DNA of 64,000 bases from Candidatus Omnitrophota bacterium (GCA_029261065.1 JAJDCB010000030.1:132876-196875); one strand, 5' to 3'; shown: positions 39,201-47,863, counted from the first letter of the stretch. The notes: a model not told the origin generated them from the sequence alone. Program-made: numbers and translations.

Positions 39201-40304
39201 TTGTGTTGGAATGTTAAATTTAATTTTTTTGGTTGAAAGATCTTTCATGGAATGAATATTAAGCGAGACGGCTAATTCCGTTTGTCCTTGAGTATATTTC
39301 AAACTTCCATCAAGTAATAGTAGAGATGACTTTAGCTGTTGATCCATCTGTGTTAATCGTAATTCTTCGTTGAGGTAACGAAGATGCTCTCGGTCTAAAA
39401 CTATGACTTGCGAAGATTTTGACAAATCTGCTGTCAGAAACATTTTTAAGGCTTCAATGTGGCCATCTAAGGCGACGGTCGGTTCTTCACTTTTAAAATC
39501 CAAAAAAGCAATATGATGTCTTTGGGGAGCTGGTGTTTTAAGAGTTTGATTCGTTTGGACAATAGCCTCGACAATCCAATCAAGATTTTTTTTCACATGG
39601 GCTTGTTCTAGAAGAACAGTATTTAATGTTATGGCTGTTGTACTTTCTACAAAACGTAAACGTATCATGGGTGGCTCAGATGTTGGCACTTTTTCTACAA
39701 TAAGCAAAACATCCGCCGATAATAAATTCCCTAACTTTGCCGATTGTTTTGGATCGATAAAGCCTCCAGCACTTAGAGATAGCTCATCAATGGCGTTCCA
39801 GATCTGTGTTCTTTCTAAAAGGACAAGATTATCGAGTTGAGAAAGTTGAACTTCTAGTAGATCGATGACGGGCTCATAGACATTGCGCTGATTTTGACCG
39901 GGGATGATGGCTATTTGAATGGAGGGAAGATTTGAAGGCGGGATGTAAGTACTTTCTGTTAACCCATCTTTGAATGGAGCTGCAGATTTAAATTCGCTAA
40001 TGTGTTGTATCTGTTGAGGTGTGTCATTGTAATTTGGTACTGTTCCAATAGTGCTTTTGGATAATGATGCAGGGTCGATCCCTCTTTTGCGCAATTCATT
40101 ATGGGATTTCTTTAGTTGCCTTTTATAATCCTTGGATTTCATCCATTGGGAATAATCGTTATAAAAGTCAGTCGAACCTTGAGATTTTGCCATCTTAGTA
40201 TTCCAATATATCCTCTCATAGTGATAAGGACTAGAAGGCCGCAGGAATATAACAAACATACCTGTGAGAATGAGGGAATAAATGAGTAATCTTTTTGCGT
40301 TCAT
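36201..40304 (-). CDS. Large exported protein: two CsgG/FlgO-like domains, TPR-like helices and a C-terminal beta-propeller
   Basis: N-terminal TM/signal; LVLLERTQIWNAIDELSL..G..D...AKLGNLLSADVLL and VIVLDREHL..L.EE; propeller blades (FIFVGTNVGI, LYVGVG, LWLSI, GVWV). Paralog of 54800-57892. Confidence 0.7.
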   Translation of the reverse strand: MNAKRLLIYSLILTGMFVIFLRPSSPYHYERIYWNTKMAKSQGSTDFYNDYSQWMKSKDYKRQLKKSHNELRKRGIDPASLSKSTIGTVPNYNDTPQQIQHISEFKSAAPFKDGLTESTYIPPSNLPSIQIAIIPGQNQRNVYEPVIDLLEVQLSQLDNLVLLERTQIWNAIDELSLSAGGFIDPKQSAKLGNLLSADVLLIVEKVPTSEPPMIRLRFVESTTAITLNTVLLEQAHVKKNLDWIVEAIVQTNQTLKTPAPQRHHIAFLDFKSEEPTVALDGHIEALKMFLTADLSKSSQVIVLDREHLRYLNEELRLTQMDQQLKSSLLLLDGSLKYTQGQTELAVSLNIHSMKDLSTKKIKFNIPTQNIQKARNILNKKILNAINVKTTDVKQISPVEEAKLFLKRVPLFLSSAEHDLAIQHAEVAFSLNPTQKARYWLARSWYEMGWTLADGFGGMTAGLSSSFHPGNTKAVTVVQIKSKTDNTLPSKNKINVNRSFWGDTSTILKKASSRPHTSYDNLEKKKRTVSAFLRSYTLYYELAREHARRVDTGLEVSLEIPNPIKYPNTSRYYHERGEWPLPVQIHDDEYHVKKLNDQFMNMRKQLLKFQEDFYKNHYKNLTNSKAYWQSWRDKKDLIMDSKPKDSSKIVPFLKNIITAFIETENDYHPARFKGLLYCTAIDNHHRLYPKLKKLFQAYTKSTNDFVRLVSFNHLIPYEKNASSIAQLQILTNSFPYSHPIWQLEDLSILPNLIRTATTHAALNHSPELIQTLQSVFAGMIRSNDANNLVAWRQHVWPYLNALEIAKKKAQLVQTLNKMIAVLEQNNYKNSSSDAKLLRGRLELKLVKLGVKKNFEPKYQAYLELDKSPYYLRMSPELEPPRLGEDVDYSTMFPDDGSDSFKNSVVRGHNNQGTAVFVAYNSPKSSQSHNTDGAISARSSAYTLVDEVYTTGSPNKSKSNESVSDYTLEKMPTRVGYQLGDAQSSLGRIETRSNFFFEKFFIHDNTFYTVDIHVQGQGLNLVNFYEYPLNYPDKIRKVGFIKVQSSPKKPLEVTAMATNDQFIFVGTNVGIIAVKKQTGTIIPSQHALKSGSNYQGYYLVTEPTTSANQAKILNTTTTFPFDNILSLASHKDLLYVGVGPLSKDQKFGLKGKSGLIALNTQNWDYEILASTTNLSADNALDAGRSYQIKSIAIDEQNDNLWLSIAGDVSRNGLWQYNFKSKVLTQRVKENLDVEKLIFSDGRITYYMPKSGISRYDPKTNVKTWLIGYKPSGYTGIEIPRPPNNLTGEPIMGHPQTRLIPMATDGNRLLTFQWTMANINIHDQIKKTFTQEVKDPSIKYGNGIVFMTNAKDGVWVIDTYGSVFLMKRRK

Positions 40305-40312
40305 GGCTTTGT

Positions 40313-40341
40313 ATTATAGGGTAGTATTGGATTTTTGACAA
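40313..40341 (-). promoter_or_regulatory. sigma70 promoter of the 1367-aa gene (near-leaderless)
   Basis: Minus strand TTGTCA, 17-bp spacer, TATAAT, 8 nt, ATG (40304); no Shine-Dalgarno. Confidence 0.7.
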
Positions 40342-40392
40342 GTTTGGTAGAAGATTACCGCAGGTGTATGTGGTTTTTATAGCATGTATATA

Positions 40393-40491
40393 TAACCTGT
40401 TTATTTACAACTATTTATGTAAAAAGTGAGTCTTTGAGAATATCATTATTAATTTTTATTCATACGTAACTTGTTTATTAACAATGTTTTA
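40393..40491. repeat. Two 25-bp imperfect direct repeats between divergent promoters
   Basis: TAACCTGTTTATTTACAACTATTTA (40393-40417) and TAACTTGTTTATTAACAATGTTTTA (40467-40491); 20/25 identical. Confidence 0.5.
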
Positions 40492-40520
40492 AGAAAAATA
40501 AATTAATCCCTCTCCCTCCC

Positions 40521-40549
40521 TTGCATCTAGGTGTACTATGTTCTATAAT
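40521..40549 (+). promoter_or_regulatory. sigma70 promoter of the DUF3592-ytrA-ABC operon
   Basis: TTGCAT (40521-40526), 17-bp spacer, TATAAT (40544-40549); AAGGAGG RBS before ATG 40627. Confidence 0.75.
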
Positions 40550-40554
40550 ACACT
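40530..40554. promoter_or_regulatory. YtrA-type GntR operator overlapping the promoter spacer and -10
   Basis: GGTGTA-N13-TACACT versus the B. subtilis YtrA box AGTGTA-N13-TACACT; extended arms GTGTACTAT/ATAATACAC pair at 8 of 9 positions; a YtrA-like gene lies 1 kb downstream in the same operon. Confidence 0.75.
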
Positions 40555-40626
40555 TAGGACATCAAACGAGGTTAAGGTGTTCGAAGCTGTGGTTAGGCTT
40601 GATGGGTATATAAGGAGGGCGTTATT

Positions 40627-41070
40627 ATGTTGTTTCGTATTAATAAATTTGAAGGTTTTATCATTTTGGTCATTGGGTGTTTTATCATGTTTTCTTGTTA
40701 TAACAAGGCTCAATTGACTAAGGAAAGTAAGGGTTGGCCAACTGTTGAGGCTCAAGTGATCTCAACTAATATGATAGAGGAGGAGTTTTTTCCTTTAAAT
40801 TACTTGGGTTTGAAATGGAAGTCTCAGGTGACATATTCTTATGATGTTGCTGGAACGAATTACACCAAGGATATAGAGAAGAGTTTGATGAATCACGCTC
40901 GTGCTGAGAAATTTATTCAAAAATATCCTGTGAATGAAAAGTTAAATATTCACTATAATCCAGAAAACCCAGATGAAATGGTCTTTGATCAGGGCATCCA
41001 TAGAGAATTGTATCTGAGTTCAATTTTGGGTATTGGTATTGTGGTGGCTGGGTTGTTGTTGTGTTTGTAG
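40627..41070 (+). CDS. DUF3592-like membrane protein, copy A
   Basis: TM helix, SKGWPTVEAQVI, VTYSYDVAGTNY, YPVNEKLNIHYNPENPDE, C-terminal TM. Confidence 0.8.
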   Translation: MLFRINKFEGFIILVIGCFIMFSCYNKAQLTKESKGWPTVEAQVISTNMIEEEFFPLNYLGLKWKSQVTYSYDVAGTNYTKDIEKSLMNHARAEKFIQKYPVNEKLNIHYNPENPDEMVFDQGIHRELYLSSILGIGIVVAGLLLCL

Positions 41071-41089
41071 TATTAAGGAGCGCATTAAA

Positions 41090-41542
41090 ATGAGGTTACA
41101 TATTAATAAATTTGATAGTTTAATTATTCTTGTCATTGTCTCTTTTTTCATGATTTCCTATTTTAAAAAGGCTAATCTTACGCAAGCACGTAAAACATGG
41201 CCAACGGTTGAAGGCCGAGTGGTAGCAACAGAAATAATAAAGGAAGAATACTTTCCTTTAGGTTACTTTGGGCTGAAATGGAGGGCTCAAGTAACATATT
41301 CTTATGATATAGGTGGTATTAAATATACAGATGATATAAAAACATGTTTTATGAGTAGTTCAGACGTTCAAGAATTTGTTAACGGTTATAATACAAATGT
41401 TTATGTGAATGTTAATTATAATCCAGAAAATTCGAGCGAGACAAATTTGGGTCATGTAAATGGTTATGACAATTTTCTTTGTAATTTGCCTATTTTTATG
41501 TTTGTTTCATTTGGGGATTCAAATATTTTCTTTTGGGACTAA
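41090..41542 (+). CDS. DUF3592-like membrane protein, copy B
   Basis: Paralog of copy A (INKF..IILVI, WPTVEG, EEYFPLGYFGLKW, YSYDIGG, VNYNPEN). Start ATG 41090 with AAGGAG RBS. Confidence 0.78.
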   Translation: MRLHINKFDSLIILVIVSFFMISYFKKANLTQARKTWPTVEGRVVATEIIKEEYFPLGYFGLKWRAQVTYSYDIGGIKYTDDIKTCFMSSSDVQEFVNGYNTNVYVNVNYNPENSSETNLGHVNGYDNFLCNLPIFMFVSFGDSNIFFWD

Positions 41543-41568
41543 AGAAAAAAAGAGGAAAAGAGCACATT

Positions 41569-41952
41569 ATGCTGGCATTTTCTGTAGAATTTAAATCAGG
41601 GGTTCCCATGTATGAGCAGGTGGTGTTTGCTGTGAAGAAAGCGATGATTAGTGGGCAATTAAGGGCTGGGGAGAAGTTTCCTTCGGTAAGAGAGATGAGT
41701 AAGGAATTAAAGATTAATCCTAACACCGCTCAAAAGGTTGTTGCTCATTTAGTTAGAGAAAAGCTCTTAACGATTGAACCGGGGAAGGGAAGCTTTGTTA
41801 ATGATTTTACGCGCGCCACAGATGAGAAGTTTGATGAAGTATTAGTGCCTCAAATTGAGCAGCTGGTTGTAGAGGCTAAGCGATTATCGATTGATCAAGA
41901 TGAAATCTTAAAGGCCATTCAAAATTTGTGGAATAAAGAGCAAGGAGAGTAG
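41569..41952 (+). CDS. ytrA: GntR family regulator, YtrA subfamily
   Basis: PMYEQV...G.LRAGEKFPSVREMSKELKINPNTAQK..GKGSFV with a very short two-helix C-terminus; directly upstream of an ABC ATPase. Start ATG 41569. Confidence 0.88.
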   Translation: MLAFSVEFKSGVPMYEQVVFAVKKAMISGQLRAGEKFPSVREMSKELKINPNTAQKVVAHLVREKLLTIEPGKGSFVNDFTRATDEKFDEVLVPQIEQLVVEAKRLSIDQDEILKAIQNLWNKEQGE

Positions 41953-41956
41953 AGAT

Positions 41957-42877
41957 ATGGCAAACGTCATTGAAATCCAGGGGTTAAGCAAAAGCTTTGC
42001 AAAGATTCAAACGGTAAAAGATGTGAGTCTCACGATTCCTAGGGGAAGTATTTTTGCTCTTCTAGGTCCTAATGGGGCTGGCAAATCGACAACGATTAAG
42101 ATGTTGATGAATTTTATTCAACCGAATCAAGGAAAAATATCAGTGTTAGGTGTTGATGGGCAGAAACTAGGGCCCAAACAATTAGAACAGATCGGTTATG
42201 TATCGGAAAATCAAGAAATGTTGCCGTGGATGACGGTGGATCAGTTTCTTAAATTTTGCAGCACAATGTATCCAACGTGGAATCAGGGGTATTGTCAGCA
42301 GCTAATGGAGAAGTTTCGCCTGCCGGGGAATCAAAAAATCAAAGATTTATCACGCGGGATGAAGATGAAGGTGGCTTTGATTTCATCTATCGCTTATCGT
42401 CCGCAATTACTTATCTTAGATGAACCGTTTAGCGGCCTTGATCCCCTGGTTCGTGAAGAGTTGATCACAGGGGTTTTAGATCTGACTGAAAATGAAAATT
42501 GGACGATTCTACTTTCTTCACATGATATGGAAGAGGTGGAGCGGTTAGCGGATCATGTCGGTATCATGAATAACGGTGAGCTTGTTTTGAATGAAGAAAT
42601 AGAATCTCTACAACAGCGGTTTCGTCAGATAGAGATCGTGCTAGAACAACCATCTGTCGGTACGATCCCCGAAAAGGATGACTTGTATTTGATAGAGAAT
42701 CAGGATCGTCTCATTCGTTTTGTTGATAGTCAATATCAAGCGCTGCAAAGGGAAGAACTCTATAAGCAACTATTTCCATCGTTAGTAAGCGTGAACGTTA
42801 AGGTGATGACATTAAGAGAAGTCTTTATTGCACTTGCCAAACATTATTCTATTCAAGGATTAAAGGCCGCCTCATGA
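41957..42877 (+). CDS. ABC-2 type exporter ATP-binding protein (YtrB-like)
   Basis: GPNGAGKST, LSRGMKMKVAL, LDEPFSGLDP, SSH. Confidence 0.92.
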   Translation: MANVIEIQGLSKSFAKIQTVKDVSLTIPRGSIFALLGPNGAGKSTTIKMLMNFIQPNQGKISVLGVDGQKLGPKQLEQIGYVSENQEMLPWMTVDQFLKFCSTMYPTWNQGYCQQLMEKFRLPGNQKIKDLSRGMKMKVALISSIAYRPQLLILDEPFSGLDPLVREELITGVLDLTENENWTILLSSHDMEEVERLADHVGIMNNGELVLNEEIESLQQRFRQIEIVLEQPSVGTIPEKDDLYLIENQDRLIRFVDSQYQALQREELYKQLFPSLVSVNVKVMTLREVFIALAKHYSIQGLKAAS

Positions 42878-42934
42878 AATGGGCGAGCCTCGTCATTTTT
42901 ATGAAAATAAAGAGACAACGACGGGAGAAATAGT

Positions 42935-44683
42935 ATGGCCATGGTTTTTCAAATATTGAAAAAAGATGTGTATCGATTACGGATGTGGATCTTTGTTTGG
43001 TTCGTTTTTCTGGGTTTGCAAATGGTGTTGGGGTTGAAGGCGACACATTTATCTATTCATAATTTATATTTTCAATTATCTTTGCCTATGATTTTTGGGG
43101 TTGTTGGTATCTCACAGATTTTGCTTATGGCCATTATCATTTCTTTTCTTATCCACGAGGATGCTTTAGTAGGTACAACATCTTTCTGGATGTCTCGTCC
43201 CATTGCTCGGTCATCTTTATTCATGTCAAAATTTACGTTTGTGTGTTTAGTACTAATCTTGCCTTCTCTTATTATGGAGATGATCGTATTGGCAGCTAAT
43301 CATTTTAGCTTCCAACTTCTTTTATTAGGTGTTCCTGAAATTTTACTAGAGAAATTAATTCTGATCGTTCCTTTGATGGTTTTAGCCTCTGTAACCATTC
43401 GATTATCACAATATACGTTTATTGGTATTAGTTTTTTGTTTGTCTATGTGCTCCTGATGCCAGGTATGGTACATAGTAGTATTTTTTTGCCAATATTTCG
43501 AACACACAGTTTCACACATTATGTGGATATCACTACATTTCATTTTTATTCGTTACGTTTGTCTTCTCAGTTAATTGCCCAAATTTTATTTTTAATACTA
43601 AGTATGATAGTACTCATTCATCAATTTTTGACGCGACGTACAAAAAGAACATTTTGTTTTATTGTTATTGCCTTTGTGATGGCTAATGGTGTTGGTTATC
43701 AATGGAAGATTGATTTTTTGAAAGAGAATTCCTCTAAACAAGTTCAAGAAGTTGTGGATCCCGTTATTAAGGTTTCTCTGGATTTAAATCATGTTTTTAT
43801 CGATAACATGCCTAGAGCGGGGGCCAAGGCTAAGAAGATAAAAGTTATCCAAGTTAAACAAGACGTTAAAGGTCTTTCAGACAAATATTTAACGTTTTTA
43901 AAAGAAACAAAGAATGCTCGCATGATTTACGATGATGGGTTCACTCTAACATCTGAAACAATGGGTGCCAGAATTTCAAAAGATTCCTATGGAGATTACA
44001 GAATTATGAAGTCTTTACAAATCGTTTTGAAAGATTATGAATTGATGAATCCTTTTGAGAAAGAATTTTCATATTCACATATTTTTCAACTTCCCGAACA
44101 AACATTTAATCTTCATAAAGGTAAAATTGGACGGTTTGAGGCGCGATTAATTTACGATATCTATGAATATCAACTAGACGTAGCCCTTTCAGCTAAAGCT
44201 TTTCAAAGATACTCTAATAATTCAGAAGATTTAGCCATTTTAGATGTAAACAAACGTCAGGATGGGGTTACGATTTTTGTTGTTGAGAAAAATAGTAACT
44301 TTTTATTCGATAGAAGCAAACCTTATGTTAGTCAAGGGTATCACGATATGCTGTCAGCTAATAGTTTTGAGCAAGTGTATTTACTGCGCAATAAACGTTT
44401 GAAACAAGCCTATTTGGCAGAAATATCTAATGATAGGATTGTTTTAAATCAGAATGTTATGCGGTCACATTCACAACGGATGACGCAAAAAATTAAACCC
44501 CTAGATTTTCTTCACATCAATGAACGCAATGAAGATATGCCTGTGATTGATGAGGATTGGTTGAAAGATGCTGAACTGATACGGTTACGTGCAAAGAAAG
44601 TTGGTTCTGTAGAGAAGGATGTTTCATATTCAAGATTTTACTTGCCAGCTCAATCAAGCGAGCTTAAGGCAAGGGGGAAGTAA
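42935..44683 (+). CDS. ABC-2 type permease with a large extracytoplasmic C-terminal domain
   Basis: ILKKD start, multiple TM helices, GTTSFWMSRPIAR..LF.SK motif, then about 320 aa of soluble domain; follows the ATPase. Confidence 0.75.
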   Translation: MAMVFQILKKDVYRLRMWIFVWFVFLGLQMVLGLKATHLSIHNLYFQLSLPMIFGVVGISQILLMAIIISFLIHEDALVGTTSFWMSRPIARSSLFMSKFTFVCLVLILPSLIMEMIVLAANHFSFQLLLLGVPEILLEKLILIVPLMVLASVTIRLSQYTFIGISFLFVYVLLMPGMVHSSIFLPIFRTHSFTHYVDITTFHFYSLRLSSQLIAQILFLILSMIVLIHQFLTRRTKRTFCFIVIAFVMANGVGYQWKIDFLKENSSKQVQEVVDPVIKVSLDLNHVFIDNMPRAGAKAKKIKVIQVKQDVKGLSDKYLTFLKETKNARMIYDDGFTLTSETMGARISKDSYGDYRIMKSLQIVLKDYELMNPFEKEFSYSHIFQLPEQTFNLHKGKIGRFEARLIYDIYEYQLDVALSAKAFQRYSNNSEDLAILDVNKRQDGVTIFVVEKNSNFLFDRSKPYVSQGYHDMLSANSFEQVYLLRNKRLKQAYLAEISNDRIVLNQNVMRSHSQRMTQKIKPLDFLHINERNEDMPVIDEDWLKDAELIRLRAKKVGSVEKDVSYSRFYLPAQSSELKARGK

Positions 44684-44701
44684 GGGAAGGAGGGGGTAAA
44701 G

Positions 44702-44887
44702 ATGATGTTAAATCAAATGTCTGATGAAAAATTAATAGAAAAAGTTAATACTTTAGAAGAGGCCGAGCGCCGCGTTTATTTAGAATTAAAAAAGCGCAAA
44801 ATTCCGTTAATTCGTAAGAATGGAAAAGTCATTATTTTGAATCCAGATTCAAAATTATGGTTAAAAAAATATTGTGCGATGCTTTAA
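44702..44887 (+). CDS. Small basic hypothetical protein (weak excisionase-type HTH resemblance)
   Basis: Strong RBS (AAGGAGG) and fills an operon gap; VY..LK..KIP..R..GKV.I......WL pattern. Confidence 0.45.
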   Translation: MMLNQMSDEKLIEKVNTLEEAERRVYLELKKRKIPLIRKNGKVIILNPDSKLWLKKYCAML

Positions 44888-44926
44888 TTTTTGTGAATTT
44901 CGCATAAACCTTGAAAGGAAACAAAG

Positions 44927-45973
44927 ATGAGAAAAATATTACTACTTATTATTATGATGGCCATGTCTTTACCGGCTATGGCGCAGGAGATGACGGCACA
45001 GGAGATTGTGCAAAAGGCGAAAGAGAAATATCAATCTATGAAAAGTTACTCTTCAAAGGTTCGTAGTATCTCAGAGGGGGCTATTTCGGGGCGACCATTT
45101 AAGGATTCAAGGAAGGCCGAGGTTATAATGGCTCGTCCTAATCTCTATAAAATTACGTGGAGCAATGTGAAGCCTTATCAAGGGAAGGAAGATGTTGTTT
45201 GGAATAGTGGCGAAGGGGCTTATATGTATAGTTCTATGACGAACGGTTATTCTAAATATAATTCCGATGTTATGATTTTTGGTGCAGCAACAGGGATCTC
45301 TTCAAACGCCACATTAACGATGCCTTCAATCTTTTATGCCTTGCCGGAAATGCCGTCATTTTTTGATTCATTAAAAAAATTGGAATATTTAGGGGTTGAG
45401 AATGTGGCTGGCAAAGATTGTTATAAGTTAAAGGGCAAAACGCTTTATTCATCCGAGCATTATATCTGGATTGAGGTGGGGCAGTTTTTGTTAATTAAAA
45501 ATCAATATGTTCATGATGTTGATTCTTCTATGGCTGAGAAAGTTGAGATGAGCGACGAACAATATGCAGAATCTGTTCGGGCAATGGGGGTTGAGGTGAC
45601 AGATGAGAAAATTGCTTTTATGAAAAAAATGTCTGATTTTGGACAGGAAATGACAGAAAATGTAGAAATAGATTTGCAGCGTAAAGAAATTTTTACAAAT
45701 ATTAAGGTTGATGAGTCGGTTGAGAATTATAATTTTGATTTTAAAGTGCCAGCCAGTGCCAAACTAGAAACTAATTATTTTGATGCAATGTTTTCTGGTG
45801 ATATTGATTTGGATAAGCTCCAAGAATCTCAAGAAGCTCTCATGGAGATGATGGGCAAGGAAGACTTTGATCCAAAGGAAACTCAGAAAATAATGAAAGA
45901 TTTGGAAGATTCAATGAACGTAGATTCAAAGAATGAGAAAAATAAAGAACATATGCAAGATGATGCTTATTAG
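44927..45973 (+). CDS. LolA-like (DUF2092 / lipoprotein-sorting fold) periplasmic protein
   Basis: Signal peptide; TAQEIVQKAKEKYQSMKSY, ARPNLYKI, GVENVAGKDCYKL, IWIE...LL, FTNIKVD......FDFKVPA; acidic helical tail. Confidence 0.65.
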   Translation: MRKILLLIIMMAMSLPAMAQEMTAQEIVQKAKEKYQSMKSYSSKVRSISEGAISGRPFKDSRKAEVIMARPNLYKITWSNVKPYQGKEDVVWNSGEGAYMYSSMTNGYSKYNSDVMIFGAATGISSNATLTMPSIFYALPEMPSFFDSLKKLEYLGVENVAGKDCYKLKGKTLYSSEHYIWIEVGQFLLIKNQYVHDVDSSMAEKVEMSDEQYAESVRAMGVEVTDEKIAFMKKMSDFGQEMTENVEIDLQRKEIFTNIKVDESVENYNFDFKVPASAKLETNYFDAMFSGDIDLDKLQESQEALMEMMGKEDFDPKETQKIMKDLEDSMNVDSKNEKNKEHMQDDAY

Positions 45974-45991
45974 CAAGGAGTTTAATAATAA

Positions 45992-46813
45992 ATGAGGATA
46001 CGAAATATTACTATTATGGGAGTGTTGTGTTTGCTGCTGACGAGTTTCGCTTCTTCTCAAGAAGTTGTTTCAAACGAGAACGATTCTTCTTTTGAGTTAG
46101 TTGTATTTCCAGCGCAGTTTTTTGAAAATAAAGAGCAGCAGGCTGGAGAACATCATTATTTTGGTGGTCAGACGATATATTTACCGTTTGTGACAAATGG
46201 ATCGAAACCTTCAGTGCTAAAGGTTGAGCTGGTGCAAAAAGCATTTTCGTTAACTGCGCAGTATGAAACAAATGCGCAGGTTGATTTGGATGCAAATCAG
46301 ATTGTCATAGATCTTCCCATTGTTAAAAGAGAAGTTGTATTTGAAATGATCATCAAACAGCAAGACATGACGGAAAAAAGTTGGATGGATGTTGTTCGTG
46401 TTGACATTCATGTCTATCCCAACGATATCCTTAAGCCCATGCAAGAGTGGGCCAAAGAGGTTCAATTGCGGATTAAAGATCGAGAAGGGGTTTTGACGCA
46501 AGTATTGGAGGAAAAAGAAATTGAATATGTCGATTACAGGGCGGCTTACCCTAAGAAGGAAGATATTAAAGCTGTGACGATTGTGGTGGGGGATCCTGAT
46601 GAAAAATTTTTAGAGGAGAAGACGTGGCATGCCACGGAGAGTTTGATTATATTACGCAACAAAGAGGGGGGATTGCCCAAGGTTTTGGTGCGTCCCATTA
46701 AGACGGGGATGTTGATTGACTCTTCAGTGCCCACGGTTGGGAAGCTTAAGAATAATCCGCGAAATCAAAAAATGTTGTTGGAGACCATACGATTATCCAA
46801 CACGCTTAATTAA
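45992..46813 (+). CDS. Exported hypothetical protein
   Basis: Signal peptide (LLLTSFA-SSQ), AAGGAG RBS; beta-rich N-half and alpha/beta C-half; no family recognised. Confidence 0.7.
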   Translation: MRIRNITIMGVLCLLLTSFASSQEVVSNENDSSFELVVFPAQFFENKEQQAGEHHYFGGQTIYLPFVTNGSKPSVLKVELVQKAFSLTAQYETNAQVDLDANQIVIDLPIVKREVVFEMIIKQQDMTEKSWMDVVRVDIHVYPNDILKPMQEWAKEVQLRIKDREGVLTQVLEEKEIEYVDYRAAYPKKEDIKAVTIVVGDPDEKFLEEKTWHATESLIILRNKEGGLPKVLVRPIKTGMLIDSSVPTVGKLKNNPRNQKMLLETIRLSNTLN

Positions 46814-46828
46814 ATAGGAGGAAGTAAA

Positions 46829-47863
46829 ATGAAATTAGTCGAAAAAATGAAATGTGTTGTAACGATGATTTTGGTAGGAGGGGTAATGTTAGTGTTCTCA
46901 ACATCATCTTTCGCTCAAGAAGTCGTCAAAGAAAGTGAAGGTGAAAGTAAAAGTGAAGTGGTTACCCCATCTTACACAGTCGCTGTATTACCTTTTGAAG
47001 CCAGCGGCAATGAGTTAAAGGATGTGGCCCCAGAGGTGTCGCTTCTTATGAATACTTGTCTTTCTGGGAAAGATGGGATTGCCTTGGTCGAACGGGACAA
47101 GTTGGATAAAGCGATCTCAGAGATGGAGATTGGGATTTCAGGAACAGTGGATCCCCAAATAGCGGCTCAAATTGGACAAATTACGGGTGCTAAAATTCTG
47201 ATTACAGGTCGCGTGTTTGTTGTCCAGAATGAATTGTTTTTGGTCGCCAAGATTATTGGTTCTGAAACAAGCCAGGTGTTTGCTGAAACAGTTAGTATTT
47301 CTTTTAAAGAGTCTCACGCGGATGCGACGAAACAACTGGCTCAAAAAGTTGCCAGAACAATTGCTGCTAAAGGTGAAACATTAATCGCGAAGAAAAAGCA
47401 AACGCATGATTCTCTGGAAGATTTAAAGTACATGTTAGAAGGACGAGAGAATCTTCCTGTTATTTCTGTAGCCATTATTGAACGTCATGTGAGCCAACTC
47501 ACATTAGATCCTGCGGCAGAAACAGAAATTAATATGACATTAGCCAGTGTCGGCTTCCCCATAGTTGATCCTAATACAACTGTCGAACAACCAGACATTG
47601 AAATTACAGGCGAAGCCTTTAGCGAATTCGGCATGAGAAACGGCAATCTTGTTTCCACCAAAGCACGCGTAGAAGTCAAAGTCATCGAACGCACAACCGG
47701 CAAAATCCTCGCCGTCGATCGCGAAACAGGTGTCGCTGTCGATTTATCCGAACAAATAGCCGGCAAGACAGCCATTCAAGAAGCCGCTAAGAAAATTGCT
47801 ATTCGTATCATTCCAAAGATTGTTGATTCTATGGAAGATTCTAAGGTGTTTGTTTCGGAATAG
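46829..47863 (+). CDS. Exported CsgG/HfaB-like protein with two alpha/beta domains
   Basis: TVAVLPFE...IALVERDKLDKAISEMEIGISGTVDPQIAAQIGQITGAKILITGRV...ETSQV; second domain ARVEVKVIERTTGKILA. Confidence 0.75.
   Translation: MKLVEKMKCVVTMILVGGVMLVFSTSSFAQEVVKESEGESKSEVVTPSYTVAVLPFEASGNELKDVAPEVSLLMNTCLSGKDGIALVERDKLDKAISEMEIGISGTVDPQIAAQIGQITGAKILITGRVFVVQNELFLVAKIIGSETSQVFAETVSISFKESHADATKQLAQKVARTIAAKGETLIAKKKQTHDSLEDLKYMLEGRENLPVISVAIIERHVSQLTLDPAAETEINMTLASVGFPIVDPNTTVEQPDIEITGEAFSEFGMRNGNLVSTKARVEVKVIERTTGKILAVDRETGVAVDLSEQIAGKTAIQEAAKKIAIRIIPKIVDSMEDSKVFVSE

Noticed and set aside
44702-44887. Excisionase marking an integrative element
   Set aside because: The resemblance is weak and partial, with no integrase or att sites nearby; kept only as a hypothetical CDS.
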